This document shows positions 40,135 through 51,307 of a stretch of 64,000 bases of DNA, in pieces. Source of the stretch: an uncultured Collinsella sp. GTDB lineage: Bacteria > Actinomycetota > Coriobacteriia > Coriobacteriales > Coriobacteriaceae. The translations under genes and the position numbers were made by a program. The notes beneath the pieces are model-generated. The model did not search any database and was not told the DNA's origin. It worked only from the letters and a program-made list of their open reading frames with translations. Each line of letters opens with the position of its first letter. Position 1 is the first letter of the stretch. The DNA is taken from the NCBI GenBank assembly GCA_900551555.1, contig URWC01000001.1, forward strand, positions 1,210 through 65,209, written 5' to 3'.

Positions 40135-42219
40135 TTACTTTTTGCGGGCAAGCTCACCGATGTTGGCGATGCCGGAGAAAACGGCCTCGAAGCGGTTGAG
40201 CAGCTTAAGGCGATTATCGCGAAGCTGCTCGTCCTTGTCCATGACCATGACCTCATCGAAGAAACGGTCGATGGGCGCGCGCAGGGCGGCGAGGGCGGCA
40301 AATGCGGCCGGGTAGTCCTCGGCAGCAAGGGCGGCATCGACAGAGGTCTGAGCAGCCTCGGAGGCGTCGGCGAGCGCGAGCTCGACCTCGCCCATCAGGC
40401 TGCGGTCGTACTCCGCACCCAGCTCGGGCTTGGAGATGTGCGCGGCGCGGGCATAGGCGGTAGCCAGGTTGTCGAAGGTCTCGGCATCGTTCTTGCGGGC
40501 CTCGTCGAGCGCGGCGCAGCGGGCGAAGAAGACGGACGGGGCGATGATGTGCACCGCGGAGACGGCGGCAACGGTATCGGCCGGGATCTTTTCGTCACGG
40601 GCCATGCTCACCAGGCGGCCATGGAAGAAGTCGCGAACCTGCTGGGCGACCTCGGCGGCGTCGAACTCAATGCCCTGCTCACTGTAGAGCTCGAGGGCGA
40701 AGTCGATGAGCGACGCGGGGTCGATCGGCAGACGGTCGCGCAGGATGTTGATGATGCCGATAGCGGCACGACGCAGCGCGTAGGGGTCCGAAGAGCCGGT
40801 CGGGGGCTCGCCGATGGCAAAGATACCGGCGATGGTATCGAGCTTGTCGGCACAGGCCACGATGCAGCCAGCGGTGCCCTCGGGCAGCTCGTCACCGGCA
40901 AAGCGAGGACGATAGTGATCGCGAATAGCATGAGCGACCTCGTCGTTCTCCCCCATCGCGGTCGCGTAATAACCGCCCATCACGCCCTGCTGGCTCGTGA
41001 ACTCGACGACGGCGTTAGACACCAGGTCGGCCTTGCACAGGTGCGCGGCGCGGGCGGCATCGGCGGCAAGGTGGGCGCCCAGGTGAGCCTCGCGGGCGAT
41101 AGCGAGCGCGAGCTGCTCGATGCGCTCGGACTTGGCGAGCACGCTACCGAGCTTCTCCTGGAAGGCAACCTTGGCCAGACGCTCACGGAACTCGTCGAGG
41201 GAGATCTTCAGGTCCTCCTCGTAGAAGAACTTTGCGTCGTCCAGACGGGCGCGCACGACGCGCTCGTTGCCGTCGATCACGCGCTCGGCGTTCTCGGGCT
41301 TGCTGTTGGAGACGACCACGAACTCACGCGTGAGTTTGCCCTCGCCGTCATAGATCGGGAAGTAGCGCTGGTTGGTGAGCATGGACTCGCAGATGATCTC
41401 GTGCGGGACCTTGAGGAACTCCTCGTCGAAGGTACCGACGAGCACCGTCGGCCACTCGCAGAGGTTGATAACCTCTTCGAAGACCTTCTTGGGCGTATCA
41501 ACATGGCAGCCGGGACGGGCAGCCTCGACCTCGGCGATACCGGCAAGGATGGCCTCACGACGACGCTCAGCAGAGAGCACGCCGGCGTCCTCGAGCACCC
41601 GCTCGTAGACGGCGGGGCTGGCACCAGGGCCAAGTACGCGATGACCACGCGTGGTGTTGCCACTCGTCACGTCGGCAAACGACACGGGAACAACATCCTC
41701 GCCCAAAAGGCAGCAGATCCAACGGACCGGACGAACAAAGGTCGCGTGCTCGTGGCCCCAGCGCTGGCTGCGGTAGTTGGGCCACTGCAGGCCGGCAATA
41801 GTCTTCTCGCACAGAGCGGTCAGAATCGGCGTAGCCGGTGCGGAGGGAATGTTCTTCTCGGCGAACACATACTCGCGACCGTCAGTGTCCTCGCGTCGAA
41901 CCAGGTCCTCGGCAGCCACACCGCACTTGCGGGCGAAGCCCTGGGCGGCCTTGGTGGCGTTGCCGTCGGCATCGAAGGCAATGTTTGCCGCGGGACCGCG
42001 CTTGACCTCATGGACCTCATCGGTCGCAGTGGCGACATCGGCCACGAGCGCAGCCAGACGACGCGGGCTCGAGATCACGCGGACCTCGCCATGGGCCAGA
42101 CCGGCCTCGTCGAGGCCCTTGGCGATCATGGTGCCAAGCTGCTTGACGGCATTGTTCAACGGTGCGGAGGGCATTTCCTCCGTACCAATCTCAAACAGGA
42201 AATCCTTAGCGTCTGCCAT
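40135..42219 (-). CDS. glyS: Glycine--tRNA ligase beta subunit
   Basis: FL.EIGTEE.P, SPRRLA, FVRP.RW, QRYFP, GNERVVRARL.DAKFF, KADL, PTGSSDPYALRR, R.NRL.LL. Confidence 0.96.
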   Translation of the reverse strand: MADAKDFLFEIGTEEMPSAPLNNAVKQLGTMIAKGLDEAGLAHGEVRVISSPRRLAALVADVATATDEVHEVKRGPAANIAFDADGNATKAAQGFARKCGVAAEDLVRREDTDGREYVFAEKNIPSAPATPILTALCEKTIAGLQWPNYRSQRWGHEHATFVRPVRWICCLLGEDVVPVSFADVTSGNTTRGHRVLGPGASPAVYERVLEDAGVLSAERRREAILAGIAEVEAARPGCHVDTPKKVFEEVINLCEWPTVLVGTFDEEFLKVPHEIICESMLTNQRYFPIYDGEGKLTREFVVVSNSKPENAERVIDGNERVVRARLDDAKFFYEEDLKISLDEFRERLAKVAFQEKLGSVLAKSERIEQLALAIAREAHLGAHLAADAARAAHLCKADLVSNAVVEFTSQQGVMGGYYATAMGENDEVAHAIRDHYRPRFAGDELPEGTAGCIVACADKLDTIAGIFAIGEPPTGSSDPYALRRAAIGIINILRDRLPIDPASLIDFALELYSEQGIEFDAAEVAQQVRDFFHGRLVSMARDEKIPADTVAAVSAVHIIAPSVFFARCAALDEARKNDAETFDNLATAYARAAHISKPELGAEYDRSLMGEVELALADASEAAQTSVDAALAAEDYPAAFAALAALRAPIDRFFDEVMVMDKDEQLRDNRLKLLNRFEAVFSGIANIGELARKK

Positions 42220-42222
42220 GGC

Positions 42223-43134
42223 TTACGCCACCTCGCCTTCCTGGTCGGCATTCTCGTTGACTCCGGCGACCTCGGCCATGTAGGCCTCGCAGCACGCCTT
42301 GGCGACGGCGCGGACGCGCAGGATGTAGTTGGCACGCTCGACCGCGGATAGGGCACCGCGGGCATCGAGCAGGTTGAAAGAGTGGCTGCACTTCATGACG
42401 CAGTCGTACGCCGGCAGCGGCAGCTTTCGCTCCAGGCAGGAATGGCACTCGGCCTCGTAGTCGTCAAACTTCTGACGCATCATCTCGACGTTGGCGACCT
42501 CAAAGTTATAGGCACTGAACTCGCGCTCGTTCTCGAGGAACACGTCGCCATAGGTCATGGACGTGCCGTCGGGCAGGTAGCTCCACACCAGGTCGTAGAC
42601 GGAGTTGACGCCCTGCGCATACATGGCAATGCGCTCCAGGCCATAGGTGATCTCGACAGGCACGGGGTCGACCTCGATGCCGCCCACCTGCTGGAAGTAC
42701 GTAAACTGCGTGACCTCCATGCCGTTGAGCCAGACCTCCCAGCCAAGACCCCAGGCGCCGAGCGTCGGGCTCTCCCAGTCGTCCTCGACAAAGCGGACGT
42801 CATGGTCGTTGGGGTCCAGGCCAATGGCGGCAAGAGACCCCAGGTAGAGCTCCTGGGCGTTGACCGGCGAGGGCTTGATGAGCACCTGGAACTGATAGTA
42901 GTGCTGCATGCGGTTGGGGTTCTCGCCGTAGCGGCCGTCGGCGGGACGGCGGCAAGGCTGCGCATAGCAGGTGCGCCACTCGGCGGGACCGAGCGAGCGC
43001 AGCGTGGTCGCGGTATGGAAGGTACCGGCACCGACCTCGGAGTCATAGGGCTGCATAATGACGCAGCCCTGCTCGCCCCAGTACTGCTGGAGGCGCAGGA
43101 TGATGTCTTGGAAGGAAAGCGATGAAGCGTTCAT
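42223..43134 (-). CDS. glyQ: Glycine--tRNA ligase alpha subunit
   Basis: [50 protein letters not shown]. Confidence 0.98.
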   Translation of the reverse strand: MNASSLSFQDIILRLQQYWGEQGCVIMQPYDSEVGAGTFHTATTLRSLGPAEWRTCYAQPCRRPADGRYGENPNRMQHYYQFQVLIKPSPVNAQELYLGSLAAIGLDPNDHDVRFVEDDWESPTLGAWGLGWEVWLNGMEVTQFTYFQQVGGIEVDPVPVEITYGLERIAMYAQGVNSVYDLVWSYLPDGTSMTYGDVFLENEREFSAYNFEVANVEMMRQKFDDYEAECHSCLERKLPLPAYDCVMKCSHSFNLLDARGALSAVERANYILRVRAVAKACCEAYMAEVAGVNENADQEGEVA

Positions 43135-43193
43135 GCCTCTAATATCCCCTCGTCGAAACGATTACACGGTTAGGTACTGTACTATAGCGGTTT

Positions 43194-43757
43194 TTACTCG
43201 ATAGCGCCGATGCGGTTGAGCGGCCAGTAGCGCACAAGCGCCACAGCGATCAAATCAGAGCGATCGACGGGACCAAAGTAGCGTGAGTCGGCAGAGTTTT
43301 CGCGGTTGTCGCCCATCACCCACACGCACCCGTCGGGAACGGTGTAGGGATAGCTTACCTGAGCGCCGGGCGCTTGGACCGATAGTGGCCAGCTCATGCC
43401 CGTCGTATAGTCCTCGTCGAGCGCTTGGCCGTCAACGACCACCTTGCCATCCTGCAGGTCGACCGTCTGGCCGGCCGTGGCAATAACGCGCTTGACAAGA
43501 ACATCATGCTCGGAGGTGCCATCGGGGTTGTGAAACACCACGATATCGCCCTGCTTGACGGGCTGACCGAGCTCGAGGCTCACCTTTTGCGCCAGGATCT
43601 GGTCGCCAATCTCGATTGTGTCCTCCATAGAGCCGGTGGGCACCACAAAGGGCTCGACCACAAAGGTGCGGATCAGGAAGGTGGCCACAAGCGCGATCGC
43701 GATGACCGCGATCCACTCAAAAGCGCCCCTCAACGCGGAATGCTGCGATGGAACCAT
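43194..43757 (-). CDS. lepB: Signal peptidase I
   Basis: TM helix, VPTGSME.T (Ser), LVKRVIA (Lys), MGDNRENS.DSRYFG. Confidence 0.94.
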   Translation of the reverse strand: MVPSQHSALRGAFEWIAVIAIALVATFLIRTFVVEPFVVPTGSMEDTIEIGDQILAQKVSLELGQPVKQGDIVVFHNPDGTSEHDVLVKRVIATAGQTVDLQDGKVVVDGQALDEDYTTGMSWPLSVQAPGAQVSYPYTVPDGCVWVMGDNRENSADSRYFGPVDRSDLIAVALVRYWPLNRIGAIE

Positions 43758-43759
43758 TC

Positions 43760-44518
43760 TCACTCCTCGCTCTGCGAATACGAAGCGTCCAAAATCTCCT
43801 GCGCGTAAGCGCGCTCCTCGGGCGTGAGCCGCGCAGTCTCGATCAGGTCGGGACGCCAGCGACAGGTGCGCTCGATGGCATTCTTGCGGCGCCAGGCATC
43901 GACCTTGGCGTGATCGCCGCTCACGAGCACCGGAGGAACGCCCTCGCCGTTGAACTCGGCGGGGCGGGTGTACTGCGCGTACTCGAGCAGGCCTCCGTCC
44001 TCGGCGGTCGAGAACGACTCGTCCACGTTGCTCATCTCGTCGCCCAGGGCGCCGGGGATCAGACGCACGACGGCATCGGCAACGACCATAGCGGGAAGCT
44101 CTCCGCCCGTAAGCACGTAGTCGCCAATCGACAGACGCTCGTCGGCATACGCATACGCGCGCTCGTCGACGCCCTCGTAGCGGCTGCACACAAACAGCAG
44201 GCGCTCGCTTTTGAGCAGGCGCTCGGCCACATGCTGCGTAAAGGGCTCGCCACAGGGGGTGAAGAACACAACCGTTGGCTTGGGACCCTCTGCGCTAATG
44301 GCCTCGATGGCCTCTGCGATAGGCTCGACCTTCATGAGCATGCCCTGCCCGCCGCCGTACGGCTCGTCATCGACGGTACGATGGCGGTCGTGCGTCCAAT
44401 CGCGCAGGTTATACGCCTTAAAATCAAAAAGGCCGGCCTTGCGGGCGCGGCCCAAAATCGACGTGGACATGACGGGCTCAAACATCTCGGGAAAGACCGA
44501 AAGGGTCTCGATCAGCAT
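43760..44518 (-). CDS. trmD: tRNA (guanine-N1)-methyltransferase
   Basis: VDD.PYGGG.GM, RYEGVDER, SIGDYVLTGGE, LLEY.QYTRP. Confidence 0.97.
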   Translation of the reverse strand: MLIETLSVFPEMFEPVMSTSILGRARKAGLFDFKAYNLRDWTHDRHRTVDDEPYGGGQGMLMKVEPIAEAIEAISAEGPKPTVVFFTPCGEPFTQHVAERLLKSERLLFVCSRYEGVDERAYAYADERLSIGDYVLTGGELPAMVVADAVVRLIPGALGDEMSNVDESFSTAEDGGLLEYAQYTRPAEFNGEGVPPVLVSGDHAKVDAWRRKNAIERTCRWRPDLIETARLTPEERAYAQEILDASYSQSEE

Positions 44519-44528
44519 GTTGTCCTCC

Positions 44529-45050
44529 CTACTTGTCCATATCGATCAGGCCGTCCATAACGTGGACGGAAATTGTTCCTGTGTCGGGAAGATCGAGCAC
44601 GACCTGCTCGATCACGGGAATCAGTACCTCGCCGTACCGATCACCCTCGACAACCCAAACATCGTTAGCGGGCGTCGACACAATCTCGACGATCGTGCCG
44701 AGCGAACCGAAGCGCTCGTCGACCACCTCGCGACCCATCAGGTCGGTATAGGCAGCGTCGAGCGAATCGAGCTCAAAGTCGTCACGATTTGCCAGCACGT
44801 AGCATCCCGTGATGCCCTCGGCGGCCGTCAAGTCGTCAATGCCCTCAAACGAGACCAGATCGCCATCGCCCGTATCGGTGACGGACACGACCGTGCAAAA
44901 GCGGTCGCGCTTGAGCGCCGGCGGCGTCAGGGCGACGCGCATACCCGGCTCTAATACAGAAGGAAGCCCCCGCAGCGGCTGCGCGAGGACCTCCCCCTTC
45001 CTTCCGTGCGGCTTGACCACACGGGCGATGTTTTTGTACTGGGACCTCAA
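44529..45050 (-). CDS. rimM: Ribosome maturation factor RimM
   Basis: KPHG.KGEV, TPANDVW, EVLIP; rpsP-khpA-rimM-trmD synteny. Confidence 0.9.
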   Translation of the reverse strand: MRSQYKNIARVVKPHGRKGEVLAQPLRGLPSVLEPGMRVALTPPALKRDRFCTVVSVTDTGDGDLVSFEGIDDLTAAEGITGCYVLANRDDFELDSLDAAYTDLMGREVVDERFGSLGTIVEIVSTPANDVWVVEGDRYGEVLIPVIEQVVLDLPDTGTISVHVMDGLIDMDK

Positions 45051-45054
45051 GGTC

Positions 45055-45339
45055 CTAGCCCAGAACCTCTACCTCGACAGCAGTGTCGAGGCGAGCGGCC
45101 AGTGCACGGGCGAGCGTGCGAATGGCCTTGATGGTACGGCCACGACGGCCGATGACCTTAGCGACGTCATCCTCGGCGACCGAAACCTCAATCGTAGAGG
45201 CGTCGTCACCATCGATGACCTCAAGGCTCACGGAATCCGGGTCGTCGACGATCTGAACAACGAGATATTCGACGAGATCGGCGATGCGATCTGAGAGCAT
45301 TGCCTCACCCTCGAGCTGTGCAGCGTCAACCTCAGGCAC
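45055..45339 (-). CDS. khpA: KH-domain RNA-binding protein KhpA (start may be 45300)
   Basis: LV..IVDDPD.V, D..KVIGRRGRTIKAIRT. Confidence 0.88.
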   Translation of the reverse strand: MPEVDAAQLEGEAMLSDRIADLVEYLVVQIVDDPDSVSLEVIDGDDASTIEVSVAEDDVAKVIGRRGRTIKAIRTLARALAARLDTAVEVEVLG

Positions 45340-45342
45340 GAT

Positions 45343-45684
45343 TTACTCCTCGGCGCCCTCAGCGGCCTCAGCGGCAGCCTTAGCGGCCTCGGCCTCTTTG
45401 GCGAGCTGCTTCTTGGACTTCTTGACGACGGTCTCGGTCTTCTCGCCCTCGTTGGCGGCCTTGACCAGAGCGGCGACGGCGTCGGTGAGCTGAGCGCCCT
45501 TGGACTGCCAGTCGGCGATCTTCTCGAGGTCGAGGTTGATGGTCTTGGGGGCGGTCATCGGGTTGTAGCGGCCAACCTCCTCGATGATACGACCGTCACG
45601 CGGGGCGCGGGAATCGGCGACGACGACACGGTAGTACGGACGCTTCTTAGCGCCGTGACGAGCAAGGCGAATCTTGACTGCCAA
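45343..45684 (-). CDS. rpsP: 30S ribosomal protein S16
   Basis: AVKIRL.R.G.KK.P.YR.VVADSR.PRDGR.IE..G.YNP; TTG start after GGAGGAG. Confidence 0.97.
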   Translation of the reverse strand: MAVKIRLARHGAKKRPYYRVVVADSRAPRDGRIIEEVGRYNPMTAPKTINLDLEKIADWQSKGAQLTDAVAALVKAANEGEKTETVVKKSKKQLAKEAEAAKAAAEAAEGAEE

Positions 45685-45885
45685 AGGAAACTCCTCCAAC
45701 CAAGCAGCTTTAGGCTGCAACTACAAACAAACAGTTGAACATAATACGCCATCGACGCGGGCAGGTGAAGTCCGTGAGACCAACTTCTTCGGTGTAGTCG
45801 AGGGCAAATCCATATCTTAGACAAGAATTCGGGATTTGCAAGCACATACACGCACCCCACATGAGCTGCGCGGTATACTCATGAC

Positions 45886-47139
45886 ATGGAAAGACGCGAA
45901 CATACATACGGTTATGAGGATGCCATGGGCGTCACACCGCCTCCCTGGACGGGCCCGGCGGTGGGCCTCATGGATCTCGACGCGTTTTTTGCGAGCGTGG
46001 AGATGCTCGATCATCCCGAGTGGCGCGGCAAGCCGCTCATCGTGGGCGGAGACGCCGATTCGCGTGGCGTCGTGTCTACGTGTTCGTATGAGGCACGTCG
46101 CTTTGGCGTGCACTCTGCCATGGCCTCGGCCGAGGCGCGGCGCTTGTGCCCGCAAGCCATTTGGACGCACGGGCACTTTGATCGCTACCGCGAGGTGAGC
46201 GCGCAGGTCATGGCGATTCTTGCCGAGGAGACGCCGCGCGTTGAGCGCGTATCCATCGACGAAGCCTTTATCGATATCACACCGGGTCGCTTTGCGCCCG
46301 AAGACCCGCTGCTGGTTGCGCGGCGTATAAGCGACCGCGTGGCAGCGCTGGGAGTGACGTGCTCCATTGGCGTGGGCTGCAACAAGACGGTCGCAAAAAT
46401 CGCAAGCGAGCGGGATAAGCCGTTTGGGCTGACCATCGTGCGCCCCGGAACCGAGCAGCGCTTTTTGGCCGCGCTGCCGGTATCTGCCATGAGCGGCATC
46501 GGGCGCTCGGCCGAGGAGCGACTGCGCCGCATGCGCATCTACACCCTCGGCGAGCTATCACGTGCACCGGAATCCACCTTGGCCTCTATTTTTGGCGTCA
46601 ACGGCGAACGCATGCGCCAGCGTGCGCAAGGACTCGAAATCTCCGAAGTCACGAGTCTCGATGAAGAGCGCGAGGTCAAATCGGTCAGCAATGAACGCAC
46701 CTTTGCTAAAGATTTGACTGAGCGTGGGGATATTGAGGCGGCGATTGCGCTGCTGGGCGAGTCAGTGGGACGCCGTCTGCGCCGTCAGGGGCTGACGGGT
46801 GCCACGGTAACGCTCAAGCTCAAGTATTCGTATGGCAGCGGGCGTACGGCACAGCGCCGGCTGCCTCATCCGACCGACGATGAGAATATCTTCGTGGCGG
46901 TTGCGCTCGAGCTGCTCGACAATATCTGGCAGGAAGGCATGCATGTTCGCTTAGCGGGCATCGGCATGAGCGACTTCGACCACCAAGGCGGCATCCAGAC
47001 CGACCTGTTCTGCGAGATCGATGACCGCGGAGCCCAATCCAGCGACCGACGCGACCTCTCCGTCGCCATCGACGCCGTCCGAGACAAGTTCGGCGACACC
47101 GCCCTATCCTTCGGCCGCCAATCCCGCTTCAACGATTAG
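45886..47139 (+). CDS. dinB: DNA polymerase IV (Y-family)
   Basis: DLDAFFASVE, RGVVST.SYEAR.FGV.SAM, SIDEAF.D, K.VAKIAS...KP.G, KSVS.E.TF. Confidence 0.96.
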   Translation: MERREHTYGYEDAMGVTPPPWTGPAVGLMDLDAFFASVEMLDHPEWRGKPLIVGGDADSRGVVSTCSYEARRFGVHSAMASAEARRLCPQAIWTHGHFDRYREVSAQVMAILAEETPRVERVSIDEAFIDITPGRFAPEDPLLVARRISDRVAALGVTCSIGVGCNKTVAKIASERDKPFGLTIVRPGTEQRFLAALPVSAMSGIGRSAEERLRRMRIYTLGELSRAPESTLASIFGVNGERMRQRAQGLEISEVTSLDEEREVKSVSNERTFAKDLTERGDIEAAIALLGESVGRRLRRQGLTGATVTLKLKYSYGSGRTAQRRLPHPTDDENIFVAVALELLDNIWQEGMHVRLAGIGMSDFDHQGGIQTDLFCEIDDRGAQSSDRRDLSVAIDAVRDKFGDTALSFGRQSRFND

Positions 47140-47149
47140 TCCCTGAGGC

Positions 47150-47192
47150 AAAAAGAAAGCCGGGCAGGTGCGGAAAACCGCAACTGCCCGGC
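47150..47192 (-). terminator. Terminator between convergent dinB and rsfS
   Basis: GCCGGGCAG.TGCGG/CCGCA.CTGCCCGGC stem followed by TTTCTTTTT on the minus strand. Confidence 0.8.
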
Positions 47193-47233
47193 GATATGCG
47201 TGAGGATAGCAAAACCCCGTCTCAAATGAGCTA

Positions 47234-47689
47234 CTAGAGGAGGTTGAGGGGGAGCTGGGGAGCGTCACCCCAGAGCTTTTCGAGACGGTAGAAGTCGCGC
47301 GCCTCGGGAGTGAAGACGTGGACGACAACCGAACCATAGTCCATGAGCATCCAGGTCTTCTGCTCGCGACCCTCGATGGAGAACGGGTGCTCGCCGCAAG
47401 CCTCGGCGACCTTCTCCTCGATCTCGTCGACGATAGAATCGACCTGGCGGTTGTTGGTACCGGTGGCAAGCACAAAGTAGTCGCATACGTCGGAAAGCTC
47501 GGTCAGGTCGAGCACCTGAACGTCCTCGCCCTTCTTGTCGTAGGCGGCCTGCGCGGCGGCGCGGGCGACATCCTCGGCGGCGACACCGCTCGCGGACAGC
47601 GAGGCGGCGGTGCGGTCGGACGTGGCGACGAAGCTCTTGTGCTCCACACCTTCAAGAATCTGCTCGTCGGTCATGGTCTCGTCGGCCAT
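47234..47689 (-). CDS. rsfS: Ribosome silencing factor RsfS with an N-terminal extension
   Basis: DKKGED..VLD, DYFV.ATG...RQV, W.L.DYG.VVVHVF....R.FY.LEKLW. Confidence 0.94.
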   Translation of the reverse strand: MADETMTDEQILEGVEHKSFVATSDRTAASLSASGVAAEDVARAAAQAAYDKKGEDVQVLDLTELSDVCDYFVLATGTNNRQVDSIVDEIEEKVAEACGEHPFSIEGREQKTWMLMDYGSVVVHVFTPEARDFYRLEKLWGDAPQLPLNLL

Positions 47690-47716
47690 GGAATACCTCT
47701 TTCTAGACAGCCCGAG

Positions 47717-48325
47717 CTAGCGCAGCTGGGCGTAATGGTTGTAAATCGAAATAGCCGTGGGATAAAGATAGCGCCCGGACTGGATCACATAGACCAGACC
47801 CTGCGCAAAACAGGAGAAGAACAACTCATCGAGCGTCGACTCCCCCACCATCTTGCGCAACGCATGGGCATAGTCGCCGTGGCGGTTGGGCTCGATGGCA
47901 TCGGCCACAAAGACCACCATATCGAGCGGCGTCATGTCGCAGGCACCCACGGTGTGACGGTCGACAGCCTGGAAAACGGCCGGCGACAACTCGGGGAAAA
48001 GCTGCGGAAGCTCATAGGCGGCAACTGGGCCGTGTAAAAGCGGCATCGCGGCAGACGGAGAGCCGGCAATCTTAATGCCGTAATGCAGAGCGCGCGTGAC
48101 CAGCTCGTCGTCGGAGAGCACTTTGTCCCAGTCGTGGATCAGACCGGCAGCAGCGGCATCAAAGCGGTCAACGCCGTAGACCTCGGCCAGATGAAGTGCG
48201 GTCTCGGCAACACCCAGCGAATGCACATAGCGCTTGCGCTTATCCTTCATGCGAACATCGAGCAGCTCTTGAATGCGCTTGAGCAGCGCGCGCTCATCGC
48301 CCTCAAACTGATCCTCTACCGACAA
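47717..48325 (-). CDS. yqeK: HD-domain Ap4A hydrolase YqeK
   Basis: R..HSLGV, AGL.HD..K, LLHG, HT.G, ..AD.IEP.R; nadD-yqeK-rsfS synteny. Confidence 0.9.
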   Translation of the reverse strand: MSVEDQFEGDERALLKRIQELLDVRMKDKRKRYVHSLGVAETALHLAEVYGVDRFDAAAAGLIHDWDKVLSDDELVTRALHYGIKIAGSPSAAMPLLHGPVAAYELPQLFPELSPAVFQAVDRHTVGACDMTPLDMVVFVADAIEPNRHGDYAHALRKMVGESTLDELFFSCFAQGLVYVIQSGRYLYPTAISIYNHYAQLR

Positions 48326-48337
48326 CGTAGACCCCCA

Positions 48338-49015
48338 TCACTCAAAATCTTCTTGGCCCAAATCGGCATATAGCCTGCGTTTGCGAATGTAGCCGAGCAC
48401 GGACTCGCTCGTAAGATAGCGCACGCTCATGCCGCGGGCAACTCGCTTACGAATGTTAGTCGAGCTGATCGCCAGCGCCGGAATCTGAATATAGCGCACG
48501 TCGAACGGCAGCCCCGACTCTTTGATTCGGGCACGCGCCGTATCGATATCAAAACCCGGTCGCGTCGCCGCAATAAAGGTAGCAAGCTCAGCGATTCGTT
48601 CGGCATCATGCCAGGTCACAATATCGATAATCGCGTCGGCGCCCGTAATAAAGTAGAGCTTTACCTGCGGCGGGTAAAAGTCGCGAAGGGCATGAAGCGT
48701 ATCGGCCGTATAGGTTACGCCCGGGCGGTCGATCTCGAACCGGCTCGCCAAAAAGGCCGGGTTCGCGGCGGTGGCGAGGACCGTCATGGCATAACGGTCC
48801 TCGGCAGGCGTCACCGGCTTGTCAAGCTTAAAGGCAGGAGAGCCCGCCGGCATAAAGAGCACAGCGTCCAAGTCGAGGGACTCACGCGCCTGCTCAGCGG
48901 TCACCAGGTGCCCGTAATGGATGGGATCAAAGGTGCCACCCATAATGCCGAGCCTAAACTCCTGCCCGTCCTCTAGAGGAAGCTCGGGCAGACCGATTCC
49001 ACCGCGCAGCGACAT
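48338..49015 (-). CDS. nadD: Nicotinate-nucleotide adenylyltransferase
   Basis: GGTFDPIH.GH, YT.DTL, FITGAD, ISST.IR. Confidence 0.96.
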   Translation of the reverse strand: MSLRGGIGLPELPLEDGQEFRLGIMGGTFDPIHYGHLVTAEQARESLDLDAVLFMPAGSPAFKLDKPVTPAEDRYAMTVLATAANPAFLASRFEIDRPGVTYTADTLHALRDFYPPQVKLYFITGADAIIDIVTWHDAERIAELATFIAATRPGFDIDTARARIKESGLPFDVRYIQIPALAISSTNIRKRVARGMSVRYLTSESVLGYIRKRRLYADLGQEDFE

Positions 49016-49018
49016 GGC

Positions 49019-50497
<1,479 letters not shown>

Positions 50498-50501
50498 CTA
50501 C

Positions 50502-50545
50502 AAAAAAGAGGGAGACCCTTGAATCCTAAAACTCAAGTGCCTCCC
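50502..50545 (-). terminator. Terminator between rpmA and obgE
   Basis: GGGAGGCACTTGA...TCAAGGGTCTCCC followed by TCTTTTTT. Confidence 0.65.
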
Positions 50546-50570
50546 ACATATGTGCTCTATGAAGGGTGAA

Positions 50571-50828
50571 TTACGCGTTCGCGAGCGGGCGTACGCTGAC
50601 CCTGTGCTTGATACCCTTGTGGAACTCAACGGTACCGTCGACCAGCGCGAACAGCGTGTCGTCCTTACCACGGCCAACGTTCTCACCCGGATGGATGTGC
50701 GTGCCGTGCTGACGGACGAGAATCGTGCCCGTGGTTACCGTCTGGCCGGCATAGCGCTTCGTGCCAAGGCGCTGACCGCGGGAGTCACGGCCATTACGGG
50801 AGGAACCGAGTCCTTTTTTGTGTGCCAT
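50571..50828 (-). CDS. rpmA: 50S ribosomal protein L27
   Basis: [29 protein letters not shown]. Confidence 0.98.
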   Translation of the reverse strand: MAHKKGLGSSRNGRDSRGQRLGTKRYAGQTVTTGTILVRQHGTHIHPGENVGRGKDDTLFALVDGTVEFHKGIKHRVSVRPLANA

Positions 50829-50861
50829 TGTGTATACCTACTCTTTCGTTACGAGTGTAAT

Positions 50862-51236
50862 CTACTCGGCGACGGGAGCCTCGGCAACAGCCTCGGCCTC
50901 TGCCTTGACAGCCTTCTTGGCGCGGGACGTAGCCTGGACCTTCACGATCTTCAGCTTGGTGAGCTGCTGACGGTGACCCTTCAGACGACGATAGCGCTTG
51001 CGCTTGTGGAACTTGAAGACCAGCTGCTTCTCGCCCTTGAACTGCTCAACGATCTGAGCGGTAACCTTGGCCTTGGCCAGCTTGTCGGGATCGGTGACGA
51101 TCTTCTTACCATCGTTGAGGAAGATAACCGGCAGGGTGACCTTGTCGCCCTCATTGCCCTCGATCTTCTCGACGGTGATGACATCGTCGGTGGCGACCTT
51201 GTACTGCTTGCCGCCCGTGTTAACGATTGCGTACAT
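50862..51236 (-). CDS. rplU: 50S ribosomal protein L21
   Basis: MYAIV.TGGKQYKV, KRK.YRR..GHRQ..T. Confidence 0.97.
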   Translation of the reverse strand: MYAIVNTGGKQYKVATDDVITVEKIEGNEGDKVTLPVIFLNDGKKIVTDPDKLAKAKVTAQIVEQFKGEKQLVFKFHKRKRYRRLKGHRQQLTKLKIVKVQATSRAKKAVKAEAEAVAEAPVAE

Positions 51237-51278
51237 GTTTACTTGCCCTTCATGCATCAGTTAGTGCAACAGCCGAAT

Positions 51279-51307
51279 ATAGTAGCAGGCGAAAATACCC
51301 CCGTCAA
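51279..51307 (-). promoter_or_regulatory. sigma-A promoter of rplU-rpmA
   Basis: TTGACG-N17-TACTAT with an extended -10 TG. Confidence 0.65.

Noticed and set aside
39883..42351. Long opposite-strand ORFs (822 aa here; also 5549-7030, 10506-11903, 16334-17683, 18923-20488, 52146-53960, 60989-62350)
   Set aside because: Antisense shadows of well-supported genes, expected from high third-position GC; no recognisable motifs.
43135..43193. T-box leader for glyQS (and likewise proS)
   Set aside because: The intergenic space is too short (59 nt; none for proS) and no T-box motif is visible.
50829..50861. Missing prp protease gene between rplU and rpmA
   Set aside because: L27 starts MAHKKG without the N-terminal extension, so Prp is not needed; ordinary arrangement.
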